Below, one piece after another: positions 11,375-23,593 of a stretch of DNA of 64,000 nt. Made by a program: the position numbers and the translations under genes. The DNA is taken from IMG/VR virus record IMGVR_UViG_3300001598_001791, positions 1 through 64,000 of that record. One strand, given 5' to 3'. The notes under the pieces are model-generated. The model was not told the DNA's origin and did not search any database. It saw only the letters and a program-made list of their open reading frames with translations. The stretch's first letter is position 1. Every line of letters starts with the position of its first letter. The DNA comes from a virus. Taxonomy: Duplodnaviria > Caudoviricetes.

Positions 11375-12370
11375 ATGAAATCTTATTCATTTGAATATAA
11401 AGGTGTAGATGTTTATGTTAATTGTTCAAATGGTAAAGGAACTATTTCTAGTGATTACTGGGAAACAGGAACAAAACATTTATTAAAAGACTTTAAAGTT
11501 CCTGAATATACAACAAAGAAAAGAAACATTGCAGTTAATGGTGGATTATTCTACACATATGATAATAAATATTATGCTTGTGGAATTGAAAAAGTTAATG
11601 GACAAGTTCACCAAGACTGGGATACTGAATACGATGATGTGTGTGCTATTGGAATTAAATCTAACGGCACTCCAGTCATTGATACTCAAGCAAACATTAA
11701 GGCAAATTTAAGTACATATAAACACGCTGTTACGGGTGCATTTGGTTTAATGAAGAATGGTTCTAAATATTTAGGTAATTATAAAAAGTTAGGTAGTTAT
11801 ACTAAAATGTCAGGTAGAACATTAGTTGGCTGGAGTTCAACCACTAATAAATGAGTTATCATTTCATTTGAAGGTGAAACTGGAGAATCAGGATTAACTG
11901 GATCTCAATGTTATGACCTAATTCAATATATTAATTCTAACTACTCTTTAAAGATCACTGATTGTTTATGTATGGATGGCGGTGGAAGTGTTGGATTAAT
12001 TGTAAATGAAGTACAAAAAATAACAACTTCTAGAAAAATTAAAAATGCTATTATTATTTATGATGATAGTGACGATGAGGAAGAAGAGGAGGAATATGAA
12101 ATGGGAACATTAAAAATGAAATGCACGAAAGGTCAACAAGCGATTAGAGAAGAAATTGAATTTAAATATAATTCAACTAAAAAATGTTATCAACCTTGTG
12201 GAACTATTTTAGAAATTCTTCCTAAAGGAAATACTGAATGCATAATTACTGGATTCGTTGAAGGCTTACAAAAAGATGGTTATCAATGAGTAAAAGTTAA
12301 ACACGATGATGTTGAAGGTTATGCACAGTGGGACTCGATGTATTTCGAAGTTTATGAAATTAAGAAGTAG
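11375..12370 (+). CDS. phosphodiester glycosidase (NAGPA/DUF2233-like) with possible C-terminal SH3-like domain (331 aa, code 4)
   Basis: AVNGGLF, GRTLVG and MDGGGS motifs lie in one frame only if TGA at 11852 and 12287 are read through; ends at TAG 12368-12370. Confidence 0.65.
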
Positions 12371-12387
12371 CCAAATTGGCTACTTTT
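12365..12387 (+). terminator. intrinsic terminator
   Basis: AAGTAGCCAA/TTGGCTACTT stem followed by T tract. Confidence 0.7.
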
Positions 12388-12415
12388 ATTGTATATTATT
12401 TAGAGGTAATGTTAT

Positions 12416-12925
12416 ATGATTAATAATACTTTAGATAATAAGTGAGTTACATTATGAAAAAATAATGATCCATCAGTCAGTTTTGAGAGAAATTTTATTC
12501 AGTTAACTGAAGAGTTACCATCAGTATCCACATGTGGTAACAGAACAGTCATCTTGTCAATGACTGTTTCTTATTTAAACGAAATTGACGAAAGAGTAAT
12601 CAGTCCTATTTTAGTTTGCTACCATACATCAAGGTTAAATGAAATTTTATCAACAGGCGGTCTTAATTTTTCTATTTCAATGGTTACTGAAACGGGAATG
12701 GTCACTGGAACAAGAATATTCTATATTGACCCGTTTGTCAGAGATATTGAAAAGAAAGATCTAAAAAATATTTTTATTTCAGATTTCTTCATTCAATCGT
12801 ATGATGTAAATATTTTAGGTGATAACCAAGATGGACAGCTTAATCAACGAACAGCTTTTGGTTATATAAAGAATAGTATTTCTGTTGAAGGAATTTACTA
12901 CTGTTTAGTAGATGATATAGAATAG
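12416..12925 (+). CDS. hypothetical protein (169 aa, code 4)
   Basis: AGAGG RBS and ATG at 12416; two TGA upstream of the ORF-track start at 12554. Confidence 0.6.
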
Positions 12926-12936
12926 AGGAGTTTATT

Positions 12937-13413
12937 ATGAAATTAGATCAAGAGTTTATTAACCATTTATTATTACTCTTCGGGTTAATGATTGGTTTTA
13001 CTTCATTTAAAATAGCGTCGTGTAAACCATTCAAAGAAGATGGTGAAGAATTTAGTTGGAAAAAATTATTTATTGGAACTACAAGACAGTTAATTGTAAT
13101 TACTGGGTGTTGTATTGTTTATTTAGCAGGATGTCATTGTGGGAAAGATCTCTTACTTGTAGAGATTGGTGATACTACTTTAACAATTCAAGGTGCTATC
13201 GATGTAACTATCTTAGCAGTCTTAGCAGTTTATGCCACCAAGTATATTAAAAATTTGGCTATTTTTTGTGGTATCAAAGAAGAAGACAGTGAATCAACTG
13301 ATAATGAGTCATGTAACCACGGGAAACTAATTGGATACTTATATGGAACAAAAGAAGATGATTGTGGTATACAGACAACCTTTGAAGATGAAGATGATGA
13401 CTTGGTAGGATAA
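12937..13413 (+). CDS. probable holin
   Basis: Three hydrophobic segments and a charged C-terminus; immediately upstream of the CHAP lysin. Confidence 0.55.
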   Translation: MKLDQEFINHLLLLFGLMIGFTSFKIASCKPFKEDGEEFSWKKLFIGTTRQLIVITGCCIVYLAGCHCGKDLLLVEIGDTTLTIQGAIDVTILAVLAVYATKYIKNLAIFCGIKEEDSESTDNESCNHGKLIGYLYGTKEDDCGIQTTFEDEDDDLVG

Positions 13414-13414
13414 C

Positions 13415-14266
13415 ATGAAATTCACTAGGAGATATATAAAACCCACCAAGAAAGATCTATGCTATGTTTTGAGGTCTGATGGCGGATGAAATGATTGTGT
13501 AGTAGGTAAACCGACAGATAAGGAATGTAGATGTCTAAGTAATTGTGTTGGTTATGCTTCAGGTAGATTCAATGAAATTTATAATGAGTTAACTGATAAG
13601 ATCGGCTGTAATTTCCCTTACTTAAACTGTAATGCTGAAAACTTCATTGAAAGAGTAAATAAGAAGTATCCTTCTTTGATTATCTCCCAGACACCTAAGC
13701 CAGGTTCAATAATGGTTTGGGCAAAGGGTGAGGTTGGTGTAAGCGAAGATGGTGCTGGTCATGTTGCTATTGTAGAAGATATATTAGAAGTAAATTCAAC
13801 AGGAGAACCAGTGTCTATTAAAACTTCTGAGTCAAGCTATAATGGAGAAGCTTTTTTTAATAAAATAAGAAATAAAGGATCTGATGGCCGGTGGGGAATG
13901 TCATCAAAATATACTTTTAGAGGATTTATTTTGTGTCCAATCGAAGAAACTGATGAAATAGAATTACCTACTTCATTAAAGTCTAGAGATATCCTAAAAA
14001 ACCAAATATATGTTGGACCAATTAAATTGAGAATGCGTGATATGTCTTCCACTAAAGGTAATATGATAGGAATATGTGATAGATGTTCTTTCTATGATGT
14101 AATATCTGTTTGTAAAAAATCTGATTATACCTGGTATCAATTGTCTAGTAAAGTATACGTAGCTGGAGTTTCTGGTGTTTCGTATTATCCCTCAAAACAT
14201 AGTACGAAAAAACTTACTTCAATAACTACTTTATTTACTTCAATTAGAAATGCTTTAAAAAAATAA
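13415..14266 (+). CDS. CHAP-domain endolysin (283 aa, code 4)
   Basis: Catalytic NCVGYASGRF and AGHVAIVE motifs in one frame; in-frame TGA at 13487 precedes the catalytic Cys; possible C-terminal SH3-like domain. Confidence 0.8.
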
Positions 14267-14334
14267 GAGGTGTAGGCCTCTTTTTATTTTATTAAATAAT
14301 TTTCTTGCTAAAATTAATATAGTGAGGTATAATT

Positions 14335-14703
14335 ATGTACTTGATAAAGAAAAATAACATTATTACATTAACTCGAGGAGATTATCTAGAATTCCCACTA
14401 TGCCTTACTGTGGGAGAATTTCCTGATAAAGAAATATATGAATTAGAAGACTCTGACGTAGTATTTTTTGGATTAACATTTCCGCATCAACCTTTTGAAA
14501 AGGCTATCTTGAAGAAGGAATACACAAAGGATGATCTTGATGAAAATAATAACTTAATTATAAAATTACTTCCAGAAGATACCATTAGATTATTACCCGG
14601 TAATTATTATTACTCAGTAAAAATTTTATATCATGATGAAGTTGATAATATTTCGAAAATCGATACAATAATTGACAAAACAAAATTTATTTTAGTTGAT
14701 TAA
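14335..14703 (+). CDS. BppU-N-like small virion protein
   Basis: ITLTRGD...YEL...D.VFFG...GNYYYSVK pattern; follows the late motif at 14306. Confidence 0.5.
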   Translation: MYLIKKNNIITLTRGDYLEFPLCLTVGEFPDKEIYELEDSDVVFFGLTFPHQPFEKAILKKEYTKDDLDENNNLIIKLLPEDTIRLLPGNYYYSVKILYHDEVDNISKIDTIIDKTKFILVD

Positions 14704-14713
14704 GGAGAATGCC

Positions 14714-17368
14714 ATGAAGAAAATAAAAGTTATAGAAGGAACTATTGCTAATTCCTTGAAAGCTATTTGAGGAAATATTGGTGGTGATATAGAAAACCAA
14801 GATGACTTAGTAGAATATATTGATGAGAAGGTTTCTTCATCTGAAGGAACTCTTGATACCAAGATAACATCAGAAACTAATAATAGAGTTTCCGCTGATG
14901 TTGTTTTACAAAATAATATAAACCAAGAAAAATCTTTACGTGAAAGTGCTGATCAAGTTCTTTCAGATAGAGTTACTACTGAAAAGACTCAAAGAGAATC
15001 TTCTGATGAGACATTATCTAGTAATATCTCGGCTAACTCATATGCTATTTCAAATGAAGTTTCTAATAGGACTTCTGAGATCTTACGTGTCGATGGAAGA
15101 ATTGATACTGAAGCTACCACTAGACAAACAGCTGATTCTTCACTCCAGTCAGCAATAAACCAAGAAGTTATTGACAGAAAAACTGCTATTGAAAATGAAG
15201 AAACCTCTAGAGTTGAAAATGATACCCTGTTAAATGGTAGAATAGATAATTTACCAAAATACAATTTATATAAGGGTACTTTGGGCGTCGGTGGTACTAT
15301 TACTTCATTGCCTACTGCATCAGCAGATACAGTTGGTCATGTATATAGAGTTATTAGTAATGGGATTTACGGTGTTGATAATGCTGTAGTTAATGATTTA
15401 TTTATTGGAGTTAATGATAGTAAAACCTGGCTAATTAATGATATTCCTGTAATTGACAACGGTATTACTACATTTACTGATAATTTTATTTCTAACAATA
15501 TTACTTATTCCCAGATGAAATTAACTGGAATTACCCTGCCAGGGATTGGAAAAGTTTATACTATTGACTATGATGATACCCAAGTTTATTCAAGCAGAAA
15601 TACACCATCATGGGTAGACAGATCATATCAACGAATTTATTTAACCAGTGATCCGTCAGAAGATCTCTTAACTTGGTTGAAGAATAATACTACAAACGGT
15701 GGATATCATTGGGTTTTAATCCCTTCTGGTTATGTAGGAACTGTTACTAAAATTGAAACAGGTACTGGCCTTTCAGGTGGCCCAATTACTTCTACAGGGA
15801 CAATCTCGGTTAATTATAGTGAAGTACAAGCTAAATTAACTCCAGGTGAACGAATTAGTATAAATAATAATACAATTAGTACTACGGCTAATGCTGTTAG
15901 TGTATCAAATACTGGAACTGCGACAGATGAAGTTCAGTATATTACAATTGATGGAGTAGAGAAGAAATTATCTGGATCAAGCATTACTGAGTATTTAAAA
16001 AATGCTTCGGTTGAGAATAATAAATTAACTTTAGTTAAAAATGATTCATCATCTATTATATATAATCCAGATATCCCTACAAAAACAAGTCAATTACAAA
16101 ATGACAGTGGTTTCTTAACAAGCCATCAAAGTTTAAGTGAATATAGAAAATGGGCTGATCAAGATATTATTGATGCTCAAAAACAACCATTGTTAACACA
16201 AGGACAAAATATTGTAATAGAAAATAATGTTATTAGTGCCATAGATACTACTTATACACAAGGTGAAAAAATAGAGATCACTAATAACACTATCAGTACT
16301 ACTGCTAATGAAGTTAGTGTATCAAATGCTGGAACATCAACTGATGAAGTTAGTTATATTACAATCGATGGTACTGAGAAGAAAATTGCTGGTGAACCTA
16401 GTGAATTTATCAAGAGTGCTTCCGTTAGCAATAAGATATTAACTTTAACTAATAAAGATGGTAGTACTGTAACATTTACAGATACAGGATCTATTGTTAG
16501 TGTAAGTAATACGGGTACTTCTACCGACACTGTTCAATACATTACAATTGATGGGGTAGAAAGAAAGCTGGCCGGTGGTGGAACTGGAAGTGGTACCGTT
16601 ACTGAAGTTAGAACTGGTGCTGGCCTTACTGGTGGACCTATTACATCAAGTGGAGAGATTTCTCATTCTACAAGTGGTGTTACTGCAGGAACATATACAA
16701 AAGTAACAGTTAATAATTTAGGACATGTTACTAATGGTACGACCTTGGGCGCAAGTGATATTCCAAATTTAACACTATCTAAGATTACAGATATTACTGC
16801 TACAGCTACAAATTTAAATTACACAAGCGGAGTAACTAGTAATATTCAAACACAATTAAATAATAAACAATCTACATTATCTGCACAAACTGCCTATAGT
16901 GCTAAAGGTAGTTCTACCAAAGTTCCCCAAATTACAACTAATAGTCTCGGACAAGTAACCGGAATTACCGAAGTAGCTATTGCTCACCAGGATATCAGTG
17001 GAAAACAAGATACACTAGTTTCAGGAACAAATATTAAGACAGTAAATAGCACTACACTACTTGGAAGTGGTAATTTAACTACACCATTATCAAGAATTAA
17101 ATCTGGTGTTGATGTTTCTACTAGTAATTGGTCAGGTAGCTCTACTAGCTATTTTACAAAGACAATCACTCTGTCTAATTCAGGAATTACTTCTGACGAT
17201 AACCCAATAGTTGATATTGACTTATCTGAGGTTACTACTAGCTCATCGGCTAAAACTAAATTAACTGAGTACAGTAAAATACTTAAAGTTACTACTGGTA
17301 CTAATAGTATTACTCTGTATGCATTAGAAGTACCTACAGAAGCTTTTAAAATTATGATTAAATATTAG
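14714..17368 (+). CDS. long mosaic fibre protein (884 aa, code 4)
   Basis: ATG at 14714 with GGAG RBS; TGA at 14768 falls in the W-x-NI-x-G-x-I-xx-Q-x-DL fibre motif; coiled-coil heptads, then modules shared with genes 3015, 4830 and 6208. Confidence 0.75.
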
Positions 17369-17380
17369 TTGAGGTAATTT

Positions 17381-17920
17381 ATGGGAAATGCATTTATTCG
17401 TAGACATGGTCTCCCAGTTCAAATAGAGGAGATAACAGAATTTCCACAATGTTGTGGCTCTATTATTAGCAATGATCCATCCTCTACTAACACAGCAGTC
17501 AACTCCTTAACAGGTAATGCTGTTTATAACGCATCAGGTGTTGCTATTTCTCCAACAAAAAGTTTAGATAAATATTATTTGATATTTGATGGCGAAGAGT
17601 GATCATCTTCACCAGACAGAGGATGCTATAATCTTGATACTAATAATTCAATAACTATATATTTATATTTGAAGAATGGACAATCATTTAGACCCACTAG
17701 TGTTACAAATAGTGGCCACGTCATGAGTCACACCGCAGATGCAACAGTAAAGGCATATGGCGGTTATGGTACTTCTGATTTATTGGCCACATTAACTACA
17801 AAAGGTACGACATCAATCACTACAGACAATTATTATTCAATTATTACAATAGTTATAGGCCCAAATACCGCTGAAACTGATGTGGGTGAACTTACATTTA
17901 ATGGGTACTGGAAACATTAA
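17381..17920 (+). CDS. hypothetical fibre-associated protein (179 aa, code 4)
   Basis: 17381-17602 and 17669-17920 are in frame across TGA at 17600. Confidence 0.6.
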
Positions 17921-17965
17921 AAAATAATTGTATTATATATTGAATTCATTGGAGGTACTACATCG

Positions 17966-18880
17966 ATGAATACAGAGTTATTTAGTAATTTATCAGATCA
18001 AGAAAAAGAATATGTACTTAAAATTTTAGATGGTATTTCAAAAAATGATAACTCAGAATTAACTAAACTGTTATATGAAGATTATAGAGAAATACCTGTA
18101 GACATAAATACTTTTTTACATGATCCTTATTATTTAGGAAGAGGTTTGATTGATGGTGAGGGGAGATTTACTTTATTTCCTTATTGAGAGGAATTATTAA
18201 AGAAAATATACCCAGACCCACTGAAACCTGCTATATGTAATACATTAGCTCTTACAGGAGCTATTGGTATTGGTAAATCAACTGAAGCAGTAATCATAGG
18301 TATTTATGAATTATATAGAATGATGTGTTTAAGAGACCCATCAGTTTATTATGGTATCATGAGTACTGATACAATTTCATTTGCAGTTATTAATATTACT
18401 TTAGAGGCATCTAAGGGTGTTGCTTGAGATAAATTTCAAAATCTGATTCAATCTTCAGGATGGTTTATGAATCATGGAAAAATGGCCGGTATAAATAAAC
18501 CTGAATGAGTTCCTGATACTCAATATAAAATTGATTTAATTTGTGGATCTCAGCCAAGACATTTTATTGGTAAAGCATTATATTGGTGTTTAGATGGTGA
18601 TACAGTTATAGCTACAACAGATGGCAATAAGAAGTTAAGTGAACTAACTAATAAAATAATACAAGTGTTTACTATTAACGAAAAAGGTGAAGTTGTTGTA
18701 AGTGAAGAGTGCACAGTAAAACCTACAGCTGTAGAAGATATAGAATATCAAATAGAACTAGATGATGGTTCAGTAATAAAATGTACACCTACACATAAAT
18801 TTATGCTAAAAGATGGTTCATATAAGGAAGCACAATTTTTAACTGAAGAAGATGAATTATATGATGTGGAGGTTTCTTAA
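17966..18880 (+). CDS. terL: terminase large subunit N-terminal part fused to N-intein (Int-N, 97 aa from Cys at 18587)
   Basis: Walker A TGAIGIGKS; three in-frame TGA (18185, 18425, 18506); then intein block A CLDGDTVIAT and block B CTPTHKFM; TAA stop. Confidence 0.9.
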
Positions 18881-19567
18881 ATGAAAGTTATTAAAGAACA
18901 AAAGCATTTTGGCTATATTTATAAACTTACAATGATTCCCACAGGTAAAATATACATAGGTAAAAGAGAAAAAGATAAAATTGATGTAGGTTATTATGGG
19001 TCAGGCAGAGATTGAAAGATTGATCTTAAAAAATATGGTAAAGAAAATGTTAAAGTTGAAATACTTGATTGAGCAGATTCAAGAGATGAATTAAGAGAAA
19101 AAGAAGTTTATTGAATTAAGGAGTATAATTCTCAAAATAAAGAAATTGGTTACAATGTTCATAAAGGTGGTGCTGGTGGAAATTCATTAGGTGATACTGA
19201 AGCTTGAGCAGAATTGCATAGAGGTGAGAAAAATGGTAGATATCATATGCCTGTCAGTCAAGAGACAAGAGATAAAATTGGTGTTGCAAACTCAGGTAAA
19301 ATAAGATCACAAGAAACAAAAGACAAAATTTCAGCTTCAACAAAAGGTGTTCCAAAACCAAATGGATTTGGTGATAAAATAAGTGCTGCAAGAAAAGGTG
19401 TTCCAAACACATGAGCATGAAAATCAGTTCAATGTATAGAAACAGGAAAGATATATAAAACAGTTCATGATGCATCAATTGATACAGGTGCAACAAATAT
19501 CGCAAGATCTTGCAAATTAGGTGTGACATCAGGTGGTTATCATTGGAGATATGTAAATGAAAATTAA
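18881..19567 (+). CDS. free-standing GIY-YIG homing endonuclease with NUMOD3/NUMOD1-like repeats (228 aa, code 4)
   Basis: GYIYKL...KIYIG, YYGSG, E..WIKEY and GYN motifs; SQETRDKI repeats; six in-frame TGA. Confidence 0.85.
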
Positions 19568-21071
19568 ATCAATTAGAAGAACTAAATTATCTTCTTTAAA
19601 ACAATACTATGATGTCATTAATGCTAATCCATATAATAATTTTTTAATTAAAACAAATAAAAGTTATGTTTGTTCTCATAATTGCTTTATGGATGAAGTG
19701 AGTTTTCAACCAAATCAAGACATTAATCGTCAGAAGGAGAAGGCTACAGAATTAGTATCTTCTGCAACTGCACGTATGCAATCACGTTTCATGAGAAATG
19801 ATGTTAATCCTACAATTCTTGTAATGGCATCATCAAAAAGAACTGAACAATCATTCTTAGAAACATGGATTGAAAACAAAAAGAAAAATGATAGTAAAAC
19901 TACTATTGTTATAGATGAACCTCAATGGATTATTAGAGCAGATAAACAGTCTGAAAGAACATTTAAAGTAGCAGTTGGTAATAAATTTCTTGTATCAGAA
20001 GTACTACCCCTAGACTTAACAGAAGATGAAATTGGCTATTATAGAGAAAAGGGGTATAAAATTATCGATGTTCCAATAGGATACTATGAAACATTTATAG
20101 ATAATATTGATATTGCTCTTACTGATGTTGCCGGTATTTCAACTACTAGCATCAGTGCCTATATTTCTGGGGCAAGGCTATCACAAACAAAAACTGAGAA
20201 AATTGAGAATCCTTTTGTTAAAGATATTATTGAAGTCGGTGATGGTAAAGATGACTTACAACAATATTCCGATTTCTTTAATTTAGATAAAGTAGACCCT
20301 AAGATGAAATCAAAACCCTTATTTATACATCTTGATATGTCTCTTACTGAAGATAAGACTGGACTGTGTGGTGTGTGAATAAAAGGTAAAAAACCACCAC
20401 AAGATGGTGTTCCAGAGAGCCGTGAATTATATTATCAACTGTCATTTGTTGTGTCCATAAAGGCACCAAAAGGGCATCAGGTTTCATTTGAGAAGACAAG
20501 AAATTTTATTTATTGGCTAAAAAAACAAGGTTTCAACATAAAGGGGATAACCTCAGATACTTATGCTAGGTCAGGTATAGAACAGGATCTAATTTCAAAA
20601 GGATACAATTATGGGATACTGTCAGTTGATAGGACTAAAGATCGTATCTGCGAACCATATGAATACCTTAAAAACACTATATATGAGCAAAGAATACTAT
20701 TACCTAGATATGGAGTTAATTTACTGACTGAAGAATTGGTTGGCCTGAAGCGAGATAATAATTCAGGAAAAATAGACCATGACCCGTCTGGAATAAATAG
20801 TAAAGATAGTTCTGACGCCTTGTGTGGAGCTTTATGGACTGCATCCCAACATGCTGAAGAGTTTGCATATGACTTCGGTGAAAATGCCCAAGCTTTATTA
20901 GATTTTAATAATGATCTTGGAATAACTGAATATAATGAAGAATTTGAAGAATCTATAAAATTAGCTAAAAAGAAATCTTTATATACACAGAATGAAGATT
21001 CTAATTATCTTGATTTTGGGTATGGTATCCCGATGGAATTACCCTTTGAAGATGGAATAATGCTATTTTAG
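19557..21071 (+). CDS. terL: C-intein (42 aa) fused to terminase large subunit C-terminal part (code 4)
   Basis: MKIKSIRR...YYDV...SHN followed by C-FMDE (Walker B); nuclease motif IHLDMS; read-through of TGA at 20376; SKDSSDA motif near the C-terminus. Confidence 0.9.
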
Positions 21072-21098
21072 TATATAATATTATGGAGGAATTAACTA

Positions 21099-23018
21099 AT
21101 GACACCAAATGAAATAAATGTAGAAAAGGAAGAAATCTTTCAAAACATAAATTATAAAAATAGAGTAATATCAGAGCCAAGCCCTAGTAAAATACCTGAT
21201 GTAGATACCAGGGGTAGTTTTTATGGATATCTCATGGACTCAGCTGAAACATCATCTCTTGATATTAATACTTTGAGCTCATTTACTTCAATTTCTAGAT
21301 CTCGTGATAGTGTTTATACACTATTAGATGTTATGGCAGAAGACCCTATGATATCATCGGCTATTAAAATTTATGCAGCAGATGTATGTGAACCAAATGA
21401 TCAAGGCCAAATAGTCTGGTGTAATTGTGATGATCCAAGAATCTTAAATGAAGTAAATAATTTATTAGATTCGTTAAATGTTAATAAAAATTCTGTAGAT
21501 TGGGTTACTTCATTAATTAAATATGGTGATATGTATTTGAGATTGTATAGACAGTCAGATTTTAGATTATTTGATCGATACATGGATGAATTCAGGAGAA
21601 ACCAAGATGACTATAAGAAAAAGAAACTTGATGAGAATTACATCCCACCTGAAAGAAATACTTTAGAAGAAGATCTCAAACTATTTGATTATTCTAAAAA
21701 TGACAGATATGCTGAGTATATGGAGTTGGTAAAAAATCCAGCACAAGTTTTTGATCTACAAAAATACGGCAAGTCATATGGTTACATTAAGACCACTACG
21801 GCACCAACTAACATCAGAAATGACTCTTTACAACCTAGATTAGAAACAAGATGGAATTATAGATATGATCAAGATGATGTAGAAATATATGAAGCAACAG
21901 AATTTGTTCATGCTTGTTTGACTGATAATTCATGTAGAACTGATGAGGAAATTTCATTAACAACTGGATCAAGTGGTACTACTGAAATTACTTTTAATGT
22001 AAGACGTGGACAATCTTTGTTATATAACTCTTTCAAAATTTGGCGCGAACTTACTTTATTAGAAAACGCTGTTTTATTAAATAGAATCACCCAATCATCA
22101 CTTATTAGATGTGTAAACGTTGAAGTACCTGATATGGATCAAAGTGAAGCTAAAAACATTTTAAGGAGAGTCAAGGGTTTATTTGAGCAAAAGTCGGCCT
22201 TGAATCTTGGAAATAATATGCAAGATTATACAAATGCTGGCCCTATTCAAAATACAATTTATATTCCTACTCACAATGGAATTGGAAATATTTCTGTTAC
22301 AAGTGTTGGCGGTGATGTTCAAGTAGGAGATCTTACTGATTTAGATTATTGGAAAAATAAATTATCTGGATCATTAGGTATCCCGAAGCAATACTTAGGT
22401 GATACTTCCGATTCAACTGGTTTCAATGGTGGTAGTTCTTTAAGTATTATTTCAAGTAGATATGCCAAGACGGTAAAGTCAATTCAAAATATCTATTTAC
22501 AATCTATTACAGATGCAGTTAATCTTATTTTATTAGATAAGGGATTGCGTAATTATATAAATAAATTTACATTAAGAATGCAAGAACCTACTACACAAGA
22601 AGAAAAGGATAGAAGAGATAATCTTTCAACTCAATTAAATTCTATTAGAGAAATAATGGGGTTAGTTGAAGACATTGAAAATAGAAAGATTAAGCTAGAA
22701 ATTCTTAAGTCATTGTTATCTAGTGCCTTAAACAATGAAGATGTTGTACAATTAATTCAAGAAGAGATTGACTCAATTTCTGAAACTACTAATTCTACTA
22801 GAGATGAATTAGGCGACAGTGACTTTGATGATATTAATTTTGAACCTAGTGAATCTGAAGGACCATCTCATATGGGAAATAGTGAACCTTCATCTCCTGT
22901 ATCTTCTGCAGGTGAAAATGAAACACCTATTGAAACGGCAGAAGCCCCAGCTGCCGGCGGAGATGATTTCTTAGAAACTTTTGAAGAAATGGGAGTTTCT
23001 TATAGAAACGTCTTATAG
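21099..23018 (+). CDS. portal protein (T4 gp20-like)
   Basis: Follows terminase; LRLY, RITQSS.IR, DYWKNKL..SLGIP and S.RYAK.V..IQ motifs. Confidence 0.8.
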   Translation: MTPNEINVEKEEIFQNINYKNRVISEPSPSKIPDVDTRGSFYGYLMDSAETSSLDINTLSSFTSISRSRDSVYTLLDVMAEDPMISSAIKIYAADVCEPNDQGQIVWCNCDDPRILNEVNNLLDSLNVNKNSVDWVTSLIKYGDMYLRLYRQSDFRLFDRYMDEFRRNQDDYKKKKLDENYIPPERNTLEEDLKLFDYSKNDRYAEYMELVKNPAQVFDLQKYGKSYGYIKTTTAPTNIRNDSLQPRLETRWNYRYDQDDVEIYEATEFVHACLTDNSCRTDEEISLTTGSSGTTEITFNVRRGQSLLYNSFKIWRELTLLENAVLLNRITQSSLIRCVNVEVPDMDQSEAKNILRRVKGLFEQKSALNLGNNMQDYTNAGPIQNTIYIPTHNGIGNISVTSVGGDVQVGDLTDLDYWKNKLSGSLGIPKQYLGDTSDSTGFNGGSSLSIISSRYAKTVKSIQNIYLQSITDAVNLILLDKGLRNYINKFTLRMQEPTTQEEKDRRDNLSTQLNSIREIMGLVEDIENRKIKLEILKSLLSSALNNEDVVQLIQEEIDSISETTNSTRDELGDSDFDDINFEPSESEGPSHMGNSEPSSPVSSAGENETPIETAEAPAAGGDDFLETFEEMGVSYRNVL

Positions 23019-23071
23019 TCTGTATAATATAACATAATCAAAGTTGTTAATAACAAATTGGAGGTAGACAA

Positions 23072-23527
23072 ATGATAACAAAGTCAGATGTAATTCTTCT
23101 TTTAACTGAATTACAGAATAAAGGTATCGATGTTTCAGGTGAAGTTAAAAATGTCTTGAGCTCACCATCTATTTCTATCGATGCATTGAAAAAAATTAAC
23201 GAAAATAGACCACTTGATGTTTTGAACTTTTACAACAAATTAAGAAAATCATATAACCAAAAAAGATCTAAGTTATATATCAACATCATGAAAAGTGATG
23301 AAAATGTTCTAGAAGACCCAAAGACAATTCTTACAACATTATCTGCTTTATTAAATCAGATATTACAATATAACGCAAATGATCAAGTTATGTTTTATAA
23401 ACATTCTAGAGCTGATGAAATTGTAAAAGTTTTACAGATATATTTTACTAAATACAATTTAGAGCCGGCTAGACAATTGTTAACTCTATATAAGGCTGAT
23501 ATAAAAGTAATGGAAATGACGAAATAA
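23072..23527 (+). CDS. hypothetical protein
   Basis: GGAGG RBS; 151-aa ORF. Confidence 0.7.
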   Translation: MITKSDVILLLTELQNKGIDVSGEVKNVLSSPSISIDALKKINENRPLDVLNFYNKLRKSYNQKRSKLYINIMKSDENVLEDPKTILTTLSALLNQILQYNANDQVMFYKHSRADEIVKVLQIYFTKYNLEPARQLLTLYKADIKVMEMTK

Positions 23528-23593
23528 TATGAAAATAAAGATGTTTTCATTGCTAAAATTATTATATAAATTAAATTATGGAGGTAAGAGCAC

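Noticed and set aside
13487-13489. TGA as selenocysteine or glycine
   Set aside because: TGA aligns with conserved Trp motifs and alternates with TGG in internal repeats; no SECIS-like pattern was seen
5090-15730. Diversity-generating retroelement template/variable repeat pair between genes 4830 and 14714
   Set aside because: Differences are spread over all bases rather than adenine-specific, identity is low, and no reverse transcriptase is present in the window
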